Shown piece after piece: positions 1 through 9,231 of a stretch of 32,000 nt of DNA. Origin of the DNA: Rhodobacter capsulatus SB 1003 (lineage in GTDB: Bacteria; Pseudomonadota; Alphaproteobacteria; Rhodobacterales; Rhodobacteraceae); NCBI RefSeq assembly GCF_000021865.1, contig NC_014034.1, forward strand, positions 3,600,001 to 3,632,000, given 5' to 3'. Each line of letters begins with the position of its first letter. The stretch's first letter is position 1. A model generated the notes under the pieces. That model was not told the DNA's origin, ran no database searches, and saw only the letters and a program-made list of their open reading frames with translations. The position numbers and the translations under genes were made by a program.

Positions 1-842
1 GGTTTCTTGCCCTCCCGTTGCGCTTCCAGCACCCGAAGCGCCCCCGTGCCGCAGGCGATGTCGAAGCCGTGCAGCACCGTTCCGGGGTCACCGCAGCCCT
101 CGGCTGGTTCGGCCCGCAGCAGCTTCACCCGCTCGCCCGCCACCTCGCACCAGGCCCCCGGAAAGGGCGAGAGCCCGTTCACCAGCCGCACCAGCTCTGC
201 CGCCGGGCGGGTCCAGTCGATCTTCGCCTCGGCCTTGTCGATCTTGGCGGCATAGGTCACGCCCGCCTCGGACTGCGCTTCGGGGGTCAGATCGTCGAGC
301 CGTTCGAGCGTCTCGCAGATCATCCGCGCGCCCATCGCACTCAGCCGGTCATGCAATTCGCCCGTCGTTTCGGTCGCGCCGATGGTCAGGGCCTCGCGCA
401 GCAGCACCGGGCCGGTATCCAGCCCCGCCTCCATCTGCATGATGCAGATCCCGGTTTCCGCATCGCCCGACAGGATGGCGCGATGAATCGGCGCCGCCCC
501 CCGCCAGCGCGGCAACAGCGAGGCGTGGATGTTCAGACAGCCGCGCCGGGGCGCATCCAGAATCGCCTGCGGCAGGATCAGCCCATAGGCAACGACAACC
601 GCGATATCGGCGTTCAGCGCGGCGAAAGCCTCGCGATCCTCGGGCGCCTTGAAGTTCAAGGGATGGCGGACCGACAGACCCAGGGCCTCGGCGCGGGCCT
701 GCACCGGCGAGGGCCGCAAGGCCTTGCCACGCCCGGCGGGCCGGGGCGGCTGGCTGTAGACGGCCACGACCTGATGCCGGACGGCGAGCGCCTCCAGCAC
801 CGGCACCGAAAATTCGGGCGTTCCCATGAAGATGACGCGCAT
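1..842 (-). CDS. fmt: Methionyl-tRNA formyltransferase; N-terminal ~280 codons only, as the C-terminus runs off the left window edge
   Basis: The minus-strand frame is open from the ATG (complement of 840-842) to base 1. My translation starts [19 protein letters not shown]...[25 protein letters not shown], which carries the formyltransferase signature. It is absent from the ORF track because it has no stop in the window. Its start overlaps the stop of the upstream def paralog (TGATG), and def-fmt synteny is classic. Confidence 0.9.
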   Translation of the reverse strand, partial: MRVIFMGTPEFSVPVLEALAVRHQVVAVYSQPPRPAGRGKALRPSPVQARAEALGLSVRHPLNFKAPEDREAFAALNADIAVVVAYGLILPQAILDAPRRGCLNIHASLLPRWRGAAPIHRAILSGDAETGICIMQMEAGLDTGPVLLREALTIGATETTGELHDRLSAMGARMICETLERLDDLTPEAQSEAGVTYAAKIDKAEAKIDWTRPAAELVRLVNGLSPFPGAWCEVAGERVKLLRAEPAEGCGDPGTVLHGFDIACGTGALRVLEAQREGKK

Positions 843-1351
843 CAGGCTTTCTTCGCGAATTTGGCCGATTTCGCCACCAGCATCTTGCGTTTGAGCATGC
901 TGAGGTGATCGACATAGGTCTTGCCGTTCAGATGGTCGATCTGGTGCTGCACCGAGGTCGCCCAGAGATGGACGAAATCGCGCTCTTCAATCTCGCCCGC
1001 CGCATTCAGGAACCGCACCGTCACCGCGCGCGGCCGCGAAATCGTCGCCCAGACGCCGGGCAGGTTCGGGCTGGCCTCGTCATGCTCGCGCATCTGGCCC
1101 GAGGCATGCAGCACCTCGGGATTGGCCATCAAGATCGCCTGCCCCCGCGCTTCCGAGGCATCGACCACGGCCAGCCGCAGCATCACCCCGATCTGCGGCG
1201 CGGCCAGACCGACACCCTGCCCCGGCATCGCCTCCATCGTGTCGACCATGTCGGCCCAGATCGCGCGGATCTCGTCGGTGATCGCCTCGACCGGCGCGGC
1301 GGCGGTATGCAACCGCTTGTCGTCAAAACGAATGAAGGGACGGACGGCCAC
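842..1351 (-). CDS. Peptide deformylase-like paralog with degenerate catalytic motifs, possibly non-catalytic
   Basis: This 169-aa ORF keeps PDF motif 1 ([10 protein letters not shown]). Motif 2 reads EASPNLP instead of EGCLS, and motif 3 reads HQIDH instead of HExxH. The protein contains no Cys at all. It lies directly between the canonical def and fmt. Confidence 0.85.
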   Translation of the reverse strand: MAVRPFIRFDDKRLHTAAAPVEAITDEIRAIWADMVDTMEAMPGQGVGLAAPQIGVMLRLAVVDASEARGQAILMANPEVLHASGQMREHDEASPNLPGVWATISRPRAVTVRFLNAAGEIEERDFVHLWATSVQHQIDHLNGKTYVDHLSMLKRKMLVAKSAKFAKKA

Positions 1352-1888
1352 TTAGCCCCGCCCCTCGCGCGCCCATTCCCGCTTCAGCTTTTCCAGCTTG
1401 CGGGTGACCATCTGCCGCTTCAGCGGCCCCAGATGATCGATGAAGAGCTTGCCGTTCAGGTGGTCAAGTTCATGCTGCGCGCAGGTCGCCCAGAGCCCGT
1501 CGAACTGTTCCTCGTGCATCTGGCCGTCAAGGCCAAGCCAGCGCATCCGCACCTCTTTCGGGCGGGTCACATCGGCATATTGCTCCGGCAGCGAGAGGCA
1601 GCCTTCCTCGTGCACGTTCTTTTCCTCGGAGACCCAGGTGATTTCCGGATTGATCATCACCATGGCTTCGGGGAAACCGGTCTTTTCCTTCGCGCAATCC
1701 ATCACGAAGATGCGCGACATGACGCCGATCTGCGGCGCGGCCAGGCCGACGCCGGGGGCATCATACATGGTTTCCAGCATGTCGTCGGCCAATTGGCGAA
1801 TGGTGTCGTCCAGCGCTGCGACGGGGTCGCAAAGCTTCTTGAGCCGGGGATCGGGATGGATCAGGATGGGGCGCGTTGTCATGCGCAT
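1352..1888 (-). CDS. def: Peptide deformylase (canonical)
   Basis: This 178-aa ORF has all three PDF motifs: [17 protein letters not shown] and QHELDHLNG. An alternative start two codons downstream (MTTRPIL, at 1882) is possible. Confidence 0.93.
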   Translation of the reverse strand: MRMTTRPILIHPDPRLKKLCDPVAALDDTIRQLADDMLETMYDAPGVGLAAPQIGVMSRIFVMDCAKEKTGFPEAMVMINPEITWVSEEKNVHEEGCLSLPEQYADVTRPKEVRMRWLGLDGQMHEEQFDGLWATCAQHELDHLNGKLFIDHLGPLKRQMVTRKLEKLKREWAREGRG

Positions 1889-2066
1889 TTTTTATTGGAT
1901 GCGGGCCGGTCGCGCAATGGCGACCTTTGCGCGCAGGGTCGTTCTGCAAAATGGCAAAATTTCGGGAAGAAGTTCCAAATATTACATCTTCACTGGAACA
2001 TTGGACCGGAATATCAATCACATCAAGAACGATGCCCCAAACCTGCCATACGCTCAGGAGCCTGCC

Positions 2067-3245
2067 ATGACCGCCCTTCCCGACTTCGACGAAGTCATCG
2101 ACCGCATCGGCACCCATTCGGTGAAATGGGACTGCATGGAGAGCCTTTATGGCGTTTCCCCGCAGGAGGGAATCGCGATGTGGGTGGCGGACATGGACTT
2201 TCGCCCGCCGCAGGCGGTGCAGGACGCGCTGCAGACGCTGCTGCATCAGGGTGTTTATGGCTACTGGGGCGACGAGCGCGCCTATCAGGCCGCGATTCAA
2301 TGGTGGATGGCGAACCGGCAAGGCTGGAAGATCCAGCCCGAATGGATCTTCACCACGCATGGGCTGGTGAACGGCACGGCGCTGTGCCTGCAGGCCTTCA
2401 CCCAGCCGGGCGATGGCGTCGTTTTGATGACGCCGGTCTATCACGCTTTTGCCCGGGTCATCCGCGCTTCGGGGCGCAGGGTGGTCGAATGCCCGCTGGT
2501 GCAAATCGACGGCCGCTATGAAATGGATTTCGACGCCTGGGAGGCGAAGATGGACGGGACGGCGAAGATGCTGATCCTGTGTTCGCCGCACAATCCGGGC
2601 GGGCGCGTCTGGACCGAGGCCGAGCTGAAGGCAACGGCCGACTTCGCGCGGCGCCACAACCTGATCCTTGTCTCGGACGAGATCCACCATGATCTGGTGA
2701 TGCCCGGGCACCGCCACATCCCGATGGCGGTGGCCGCGCCCGATCAGCCGGTGGTGATGATGACGGCGACGACCAAGACCTTCAACATCGCGGGCGGCCA
2801 TTCCGGCAATGTGATCATCGCCGATCCGGCGCTGCGGGCGCGGTTTGCGGCCACCATGGCGGCGCTCGGGATCTCGGCGAACAGCTTCGGCATCGCCATG
2901 GCCACCGCCGCCTATTCCCCCGAGGGCGCCGCCTGGGTCGATGCGCTGAACACCTATCTGGACGGCAACCGCCACGCCTTCGACGCGATCGTGAACACGA
3001 TCCCGGGCGTCAGGTCGATGCCGCTTCAGGCCACCTATCTGGCCTGGGTCGATTTCTCCGGCACCGGCATGGACACGGCCGAATTCATCGCGCGGGTGGA
3101 AAAGACCGCGAAGATCGCCGCCAATCACGGCGCCACCTTCGGCCTTGGCGGCAACGGCTTCCTGCGCTTCAACCTCGCCACGCCGCGGGCGCGGGTGATC
3201 GAGGCGGCCACCCGGTTGAAACAGGCCTTCGCCGATCTGCAATGA
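2067..3245 (+). CDS. PLP-dependent aminotransferase class I/II, MalY/PatB-type cystathionine beta-lyase (C-S lyase)
   Basis: The ATG at 2067 is preceded by CAGGAG. The translation MTALPDFDEVIDRIGTHSVKWD...LCSPHNPGGRVWT...TKTFNIAG is typical of the MalY/PatB family. The listed ORF 1440..3245 contains an unsupported upstream extension. Confidence 0.85.
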   Translation: MTALPDFDEVIDRIGTHSVKWDCMESLYGVSPQEGIAMWVADMDFRPPQAVQDALQTLLHQGVYGYWGDERAYQAAIQWWMANRQGWKIQPEWIFTTHGLVNGTALCLQAFTQPGDGVVLMTPVYHAFARVIRASGRRVVECPLVQIDGRYEMDFDAWEAKMDGTAKMLILCSPHNPGGRVWTEAELKATADFARRHNLILVSDEIHHDLVMPGHRHIPMAVAAPDQPVVMMTATTKTFNIAGGHSGNVIIADPALRARFAATMAALGISANSFGIAMATAAYSPEGAAWVDALNTYLDGNRHAFDAIVNTIPGVRSMPLQATYLAWVDFSGTGMDTAEFIARVEKTAKIAANHGATFGLGGNGFLRFNLATPRARVIEAATRLKQAFADLQ

Positions 3246-3286
3246 CCGCGACCGCATGCCTGACGGGGGGCCTTTCCAACCGCCCT

Positions 3287-3309
3287 GCCCGCGCCCATAT
3301 TGCGCGGGC
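3287..3309 (+). terminator. GC hairpin downstream of the aminotransferase; possible terminator without a U-tract
   Basis: GCCCGCGC (3287-3294) pairs with GCGCGGGC (3302-3309) around a 7-nt loop. No T-run follows, so its function is uncertain. Confidence 0.3.
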
Positions 3310-3326
3310 ATGAACGGGAGGCCCCC

Positions 3327-3563
3327 ATGCCCATCATCACCTTTCTGATCATCGGCACCGCCGCAGGCTATCTGGCGACGCGGCTGATGAAAGTGAACAC
3401 CGACATTCCGACGACCATCGCCCTTGGCATCTTCGGCGCGCTGATCGGCGGCTTCGTGCTGCGGTTCCTGATCTCGATCATGGGGCTGATGGCGGGTTTC
3501 GTCGGCGCCGTTCTGGGCGCCATGGTGCTGATCTGGGCCTGGCAGACCTGGGGCCGCCGCTAG
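3327..3563 (+). CDS. GlsB/YeaQ/YmgE family (transglycosylase-associated) small stress membrane protein
   Basis: The ATG at 3327 follows GGGAGG. The 78-aa product MPIITFLIIGTAAGYLATRLM...GIFGALIGGF shows the Gly-rich multi-TM pattern of this family. Confidence 0.8.
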   Translation: MPIITFLIIGTAAGYLATRLMKVNTDIPTTIALGIFGALIGGFVLRFLISIMGLMAGFVGAVLGAMVLIWAWQTWGRR

Positions 3564-3719
3564 ATGTGGGGCCCCTTCCTCGGCTTTGCCGGCACCGCGT
3601 CCTTGCGGCTGATCTGGGCGCTTGCGGCGATCGGGATCTGGCTGATGAGCCGCCCGGGCGGTTGGGCCGTCGTCGTCGTCGCCATCCTGGTCGGCCTGAA
3701 ACTCGTCCCCGAGCCCTGA
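3564..3719 (+). CDS. Hypothetical 51-aa two-TM membrane peptide; below the ORF-track length cutoff
   Basis: The ATG immediately abuts the GlsB stop (TAGATG). My translation is MWGPFLGFAGTASLRLIWALAAIGIWLMSRPGGWAVVVVAILVGLKLVPEP. Third-position GC is high as in neighbouring genes, and there are two hydrophobic segments. I recognise no homology. Confidence 0.4.
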   Translation: MWGPFLGFAGTASLRLIWALAAIGIWLMSRPGGWAVVVVAILVGLKLVPEP

Positions 3720-3779
3720 CCCCTTCCCAGCCCGGCGTCGGCCCCCCATATTGGAGCCAGTTTCAAACCGGAGGCTCCC

Positions 3780-4664
3780 TTGGACCCGATCACTCCTTCC
3801 GATTTCATCGGCGGCAATGCGATCATGCTGGCCGTCGCCTTTTTCCTGATCCTGTCGATTTTCCTGGGCGTGCGGATCGTGCCGCAATCCGAAAAACACG
3901 TGGTCGAGCGGTTCGGCCGGTTGCGCGCCGTGCTGGGCCCCGGCATCAACTTCATCGTCCCCTTCCTTGACCGCGTCGCGCACAAGGTCTCGGTGCTGGA
4001 ACGGCAGCTGCCCACGACGCGGCAGGATGCGATCACCGCCGACAACGTGCTGGTGCAGGTCGATACCTCGGTCTTTTATCGCGTCATCGAGCCGGAAAAG
4101 ACCGTCTACCGGATCCGCGACATCGACGCCGCCATCGCCACCACGGTTGCCGGGATCGTGCGCTCGCAGATCGGGCAGATGGAGCTTGATACGGTGCAGT
4201 CGAACCGCTCGCAGCTGATCACCCATATCCGCGACAATGTCTCGAATGTCGTCGATGACTGGGGGATCGAGGTGACCCGGACCGAGATTCTGGACGTGAA
4301 TCTGGACGAGGCGACCCGGGCCGCGATGTTGCAGCAGCTCAACGCCGAGCGGGCGCGGCGCGCGCAGGTGATGGAGGCCGAGGGCCGCAAACGGGCGGTG
4401 GAGCTGGCGGCGGATGCCGATCTTTACGCCGCCGAACAGGCCGCCAAGGCGATCCGCGTCACCGCCGAGGCCGAGGCTTTCGCCACCTCGGTGATCGCCG
4501 AGGCGATCGCGAAGAACGGCCTTGAAGCGGCGCAATATCAGGTGGCGTTGAAACAGGTCGAGGCGCTGGCCAAGGTCGCGACGGGCGCGGGCAAGCAGAC
4601 GGTGCTGCTGCCGACCTCGGCGATCGAGGCCTTTGGCGAAGCCTTCAAGATGTGGAAGAAGTGA
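3780..4664 (+). CDS. SPFH/Band 7 (stomatin/QmcA-like) membrane protein
   Basis: This 294-aa ORF has a TTG start 5 nt after GGAGG. It has an N-terminal TM segment, then VPQSEKHVVERFGR...ITADNV...VFYRV... and an Ala/Glu-rich coiled C-terminus, typical of the SPFH domain. Confidence 0.9.
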   Translation: MDPITPSDFIGGNAIMLAVAFFLILSIFLGVRIVPQSEKHVVERFGRLRAVLGPGINFIVPFLDRVAHKVSVLERQLPTTRQDAITADNVLVQVDTSVFYRVIEPEKTVYRIRDIDAAIATTVAGIVRSQIGQMELDTVQSNRSQLITHIRDNVSNVVDDWGIEVTRTEILDVNLDEATRAAMLQQLNAERARRAQVMEAEGRKRAVELAADADLYAAEQAAKAIRVTAEAEAFATSVIAEAIAKNGLEAAQYQVALKQVEALAKVATGAGKQTVLLPTSAIEAFGEAFKMWKK

Positions 4665-4666
4665 TC

Positions 4667-4939
4667 ATGTGGTGGCAAGAACCCTGGGTCTGGGTGGTGG
4701 CGGCGGCGGTGATGGGCGGCGCCGAAATGCTGCTGCCGGGCTTTTTCCTGCTTGGCTTCGCCGCCGGGGCGCTTTTGGTGGCGGGTCTTCTTTGGCTTGG
4801 GCTTCTGGGCGGCAGCCTGCCCGCGCTGATTCTGGTGATGACCGTCGCGGCGATCGCGGTCTGGCTGATCGCGCGCAAGCTGGCCGGGGTCCGGGCGGGG
4901 CAAACGCGGATCTGGGATCGGGACATCAACGAAAACTGA
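4667..4939 (+). CDS. Small polytopic membrane protein in the NfeD-partner position after the SPFH gene; NfeD-like but without a visible OB-fold tail
   Basis: The ATG lies 2 nt after the SPFH stop. The 90-aa product is MWWQEPWVWVVAAAVMGGAEMLLPGFFLLGF..., ending in a short tail RIWDRDINEN. The assignment rests mainly on the conserved SPFH-NfeD gene pairing. Confidence 0.55.
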   Translation: MWWQEPWVWVVAAAVMGGAEMLLPGFFLLGFAAGALLVAGLLWLGLLGGSLPALILVMTVAAIAVWLIARKLAGVRAGQTRIWDRDINEN

Positions 4940-5034
4940 AAAATTGTCACATTCAGGAAGTGGAATTGATCTAAGTTATGGACGACTCGGTTGCTGCGGC
5001 GTAGAGACGCAGGTGGCAAATCAGGAGAGATGAC

Positions 5035-5190
5035 ATGTATGATGATTTCCCGAAAGAAGCGAAAAGCTTCAAGTACTTCCTTGTTAGCGTAACCGTTTGT
5101 CTGGTCGGCCTTGTGGCCTGGCTCTCCTTTGCCCAGCCGATGGGTCTTGGACACGGGGCCGGGGCGGCGGAGGCTTCCACCCACCAGTGA
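5035..5190 (+). CDS. Hypothetical 51-aa single-TM peptide in an A+T-rich spacer; could instead be a non-coding RNA
   Basis: AGGAGAG lies 5 nt upstream of the ATG. My translation is MYDDFPKEAKSFKYFLVSVTVCLVGLVAWLSFAQPMGLGHGAGAAEASTHQ. A strong terminator follows. Codon usage in the first half is atypical for this window (TAT, GAT, AAA, GTT, GTA, TGT). Confidence 0.35.
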   Translation: MYDDFPKEAKSFKYFLVSVTVCLVGLVAWLSFAQPMGLGHGAGAAEASTHQ

Positions 5191-5210
5191 CGGATGTCAC
5201 ATCATGCACG

Positions 5211-5241
5211 AAAACGGCGGCCCGGTCGGAGCCGCCGTTTT
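5211..5241. terminator. Bidirectional rho-independent terminator serving pyrF on the minus strand and the small transcription unit on the plus strand
   Basis: AAAACGGCGGC (5211-5221) pairs with GCCGCCGTTTT (5231-5241) around a 9-nt loop. A T-run follows the stem on both strands. Confidence 0.75.
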
Positions 5242-5258
5242 CGTTTGCGCCTGCGAGA

Positions 5259-5969
5259 TCAGATCCCGGCGATCTCGCGCAAGATCGCCTGCGCGGCGGC
5301 CTGCGGATCGGCGGCCTGCCAGATCGGACGGCCGACCACCAGATGATCGGCGCCCGCCTGCAACGCCGCAGCCGGGGTTTCGACCCGCTTCTGATCGCCC
5401 AGCGCCGCCCCCGCGGGCCGCACGCCCGGGGTGACGATCAGCTTGCCCGCCGCCTCGGGCAGGGCGCGGATCAGCGCCGCTTCCCGGGGCGAGGCAATCA
5501 CCCCGTCCGCCCCGGCCAGAAAGGCCCGCCCGGCGCGTTCGACGACCAGATCGGCCACGGCGCCGTCGCGGATCAAGGCGGCATCCAGATCGGCGCGATC
5601 CAGCGAGGTCAGGATGGTGACGGCCAGGATCTTCAGATCCTTGCCCGCAGCGCCCTGTTTCGCCGCCGTCACCACATGGGGGTCGCCATGCACGGTCAGG
5701 AGATCCAGATCATAGCGGGACAGACCGCGCACCGCCGCTTCGACCGTCGCCCCGATGTCGAACAGCTTCATGTCGAGGAAGATCTTCTTGCCCTGCTCGC
5801 CCTTCAGCTCATTCGCGAGCGCCAGCCCGCCGCCGGTCAGCATGCCAAGGCCGATCTTGTAGAAACTGACCGAATCGCCCAGTTGTTTCGCCAGCTCCAG
5901 CCCCGCAAGGGCGTTCGGAACATCCATCGCGACGATCAGGCGATCATCGGCGGGAAGAAGATCGGTCAT
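5259..5969 (-). CDS. pyrF: Orotidine 5'-phosphate decarboxylase
   Basis: The start MTDLLPADDRLIVAMDVP is preceded by AGGAGGG. The sequence continues FYKIGLGM...LDMKLFDIGATV...VTPGVRP...GDQKRV...VVGRPI, which are PyrF signatures. The listed ORF extends 7 codons further upstream. Confidence 0.93.
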   Translation of the reverse strand: MTDLLPADDRLIVAMDVPNALAGLELAKQLGDSVSFYKIGLGMLTGGGLALANELKGEQGKKIFLDMKLFDIGATVEAAVRGLSRYDLDLLTVHGDPHVVTAAKQGAAGKDLKILAVTILTSLDRADLDAALIRDGAVADLVVERAGRAFLAGADGVIASPREAALIRALPEAAGKLIVTPGVRPAGAALGDQKRVETPAAALQAGADHLVVGRPIWQAADPQAAAQAILREIAGI

Positions 5970-6037
5970 GGCAGCCCTCCTGCGGTGCAAACGCCGGGGT
6001 TTTGCCCCTGATGCCGCAGGCGGTCAAGCGAATTGGG

Positions 6038-6241
6038 TCAGACGATCCCGCCGCGCCGCCGCGCCTCGCGGGTCAGGGCCCGGACCAGCCGCCGGTGCCC
6101 CATGTCGGGCGTGGCCTGCACCCGCACCGGAACCCGCATGGGCGCCGGCAGGCCGGGGGCGAAGAACTCCACCACCGCTTCGAACTGACGAAGCGCGGCG
6201 TTGTAGATCAGATGCGCGATGCGGACGGCGACATGCTGCAT
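6038..6241 (-). CDS. Hypothetical 67-aa protein upstream of pyrF
   Basis: The ORF MQHVAVRIAHLIYNAALRQFEAVVEFF... has GAGG 7 nt before the ATG and high third-position GC. It has the same orientation as pyrF and ends 68 nt upstream of it. I recognise no family. Confidence 0.5.
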   Translation of the reverse strand: MQHVAVRIAHLIYNAALRQFEAVVEFFAPGLPAPMRVPVRVQATPDMGHRRLVRALTREARRRGGIV

Positions 6242-6445
6242 GGGATGACCTCGCGTGTTGAGCCTTCAGCATGAACGTGAAGTCTTGGCGAATGGTTTCC
6301 AACCCTGGCTCACGGGAATTTTTTTCGCGACCCGCCGCCTCCTCTTGAACCGCGAAAATCGCCCAACCACCTTTGCAGCAAGACCCGGGAGCGGCGTGCC
6401 ATGGTGGGCGCCAGGATCTCGGGGGCTTTACCAAGGAGAGACCCG

Positions 6446-9061
<2,616 letters not shown>

Positions 9062-9094
9062 TACGGGAGTGGGGGCTCTGCCCCCGCTTCGCTC

Positions 9095-9157
9095 CCCCCG
9101 GGATATTTGGGCAAGGTAAAAGCATTGCCCTTTATCTTGCCTCAGATATCCCGGGGG
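9095..9157. repeat. Long imperfect palindromic (REP/MITE-like) element, copy A of the TATTTGG..CAAG / CTTG..AAATA family
   Basis: CCCCCGGGATAT (9095-9106) pairs with ATATCCCGGGGG (9146-9157). The inner arm GGCAAGGTAAA (9110-9120) pairs with TTTATCTTGCC (9131-9141), including one G-T wobble. The element shares its core with the copies at 14835 and 14927. Confidence 0.7.
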
Positions 9158-9231
9158 TGAATTTTGGCGCAGCCAAAAGAGGGGCAGCGCCCCCTCCCCC
9201 ACGGCCGGGTCCTGCGTTAGAATTGATCACC

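Noticed and set aside
1761-4535. Very long ORFs in the track: 1761..4535 (-) and 6428..9202 (-), both 924 aa; 905..2521 (+); 19401..21404 (+); 25442..27589 (+); 27620..29674 (-); 30692..31987 (-); 10119..11108 (+).
   Set aside because: All lie antisense to, or out of frame with, genes that have unmistakable family signatures (aminotransferase, SPFH, ClpB, SMC, kinase, ligase, permease). Their products are Arg/Gly/Pro/His-rich low-complexity strings with no motifs. Stop-poor shadow frames are expected in DNA this GC-rich. The identical 924-aa lengths are a coincidence.
6344-6374. A heat-shock (sigma32/RpoH) promoter candidate upstream of clpB: CTTGAA, then about 17 nt, then CCACCTTT.
   Set aside because: The -35 element is good, but the -10 region does not match the CCCCAT or CYTATNT consensus. 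I did not list it as a feature.
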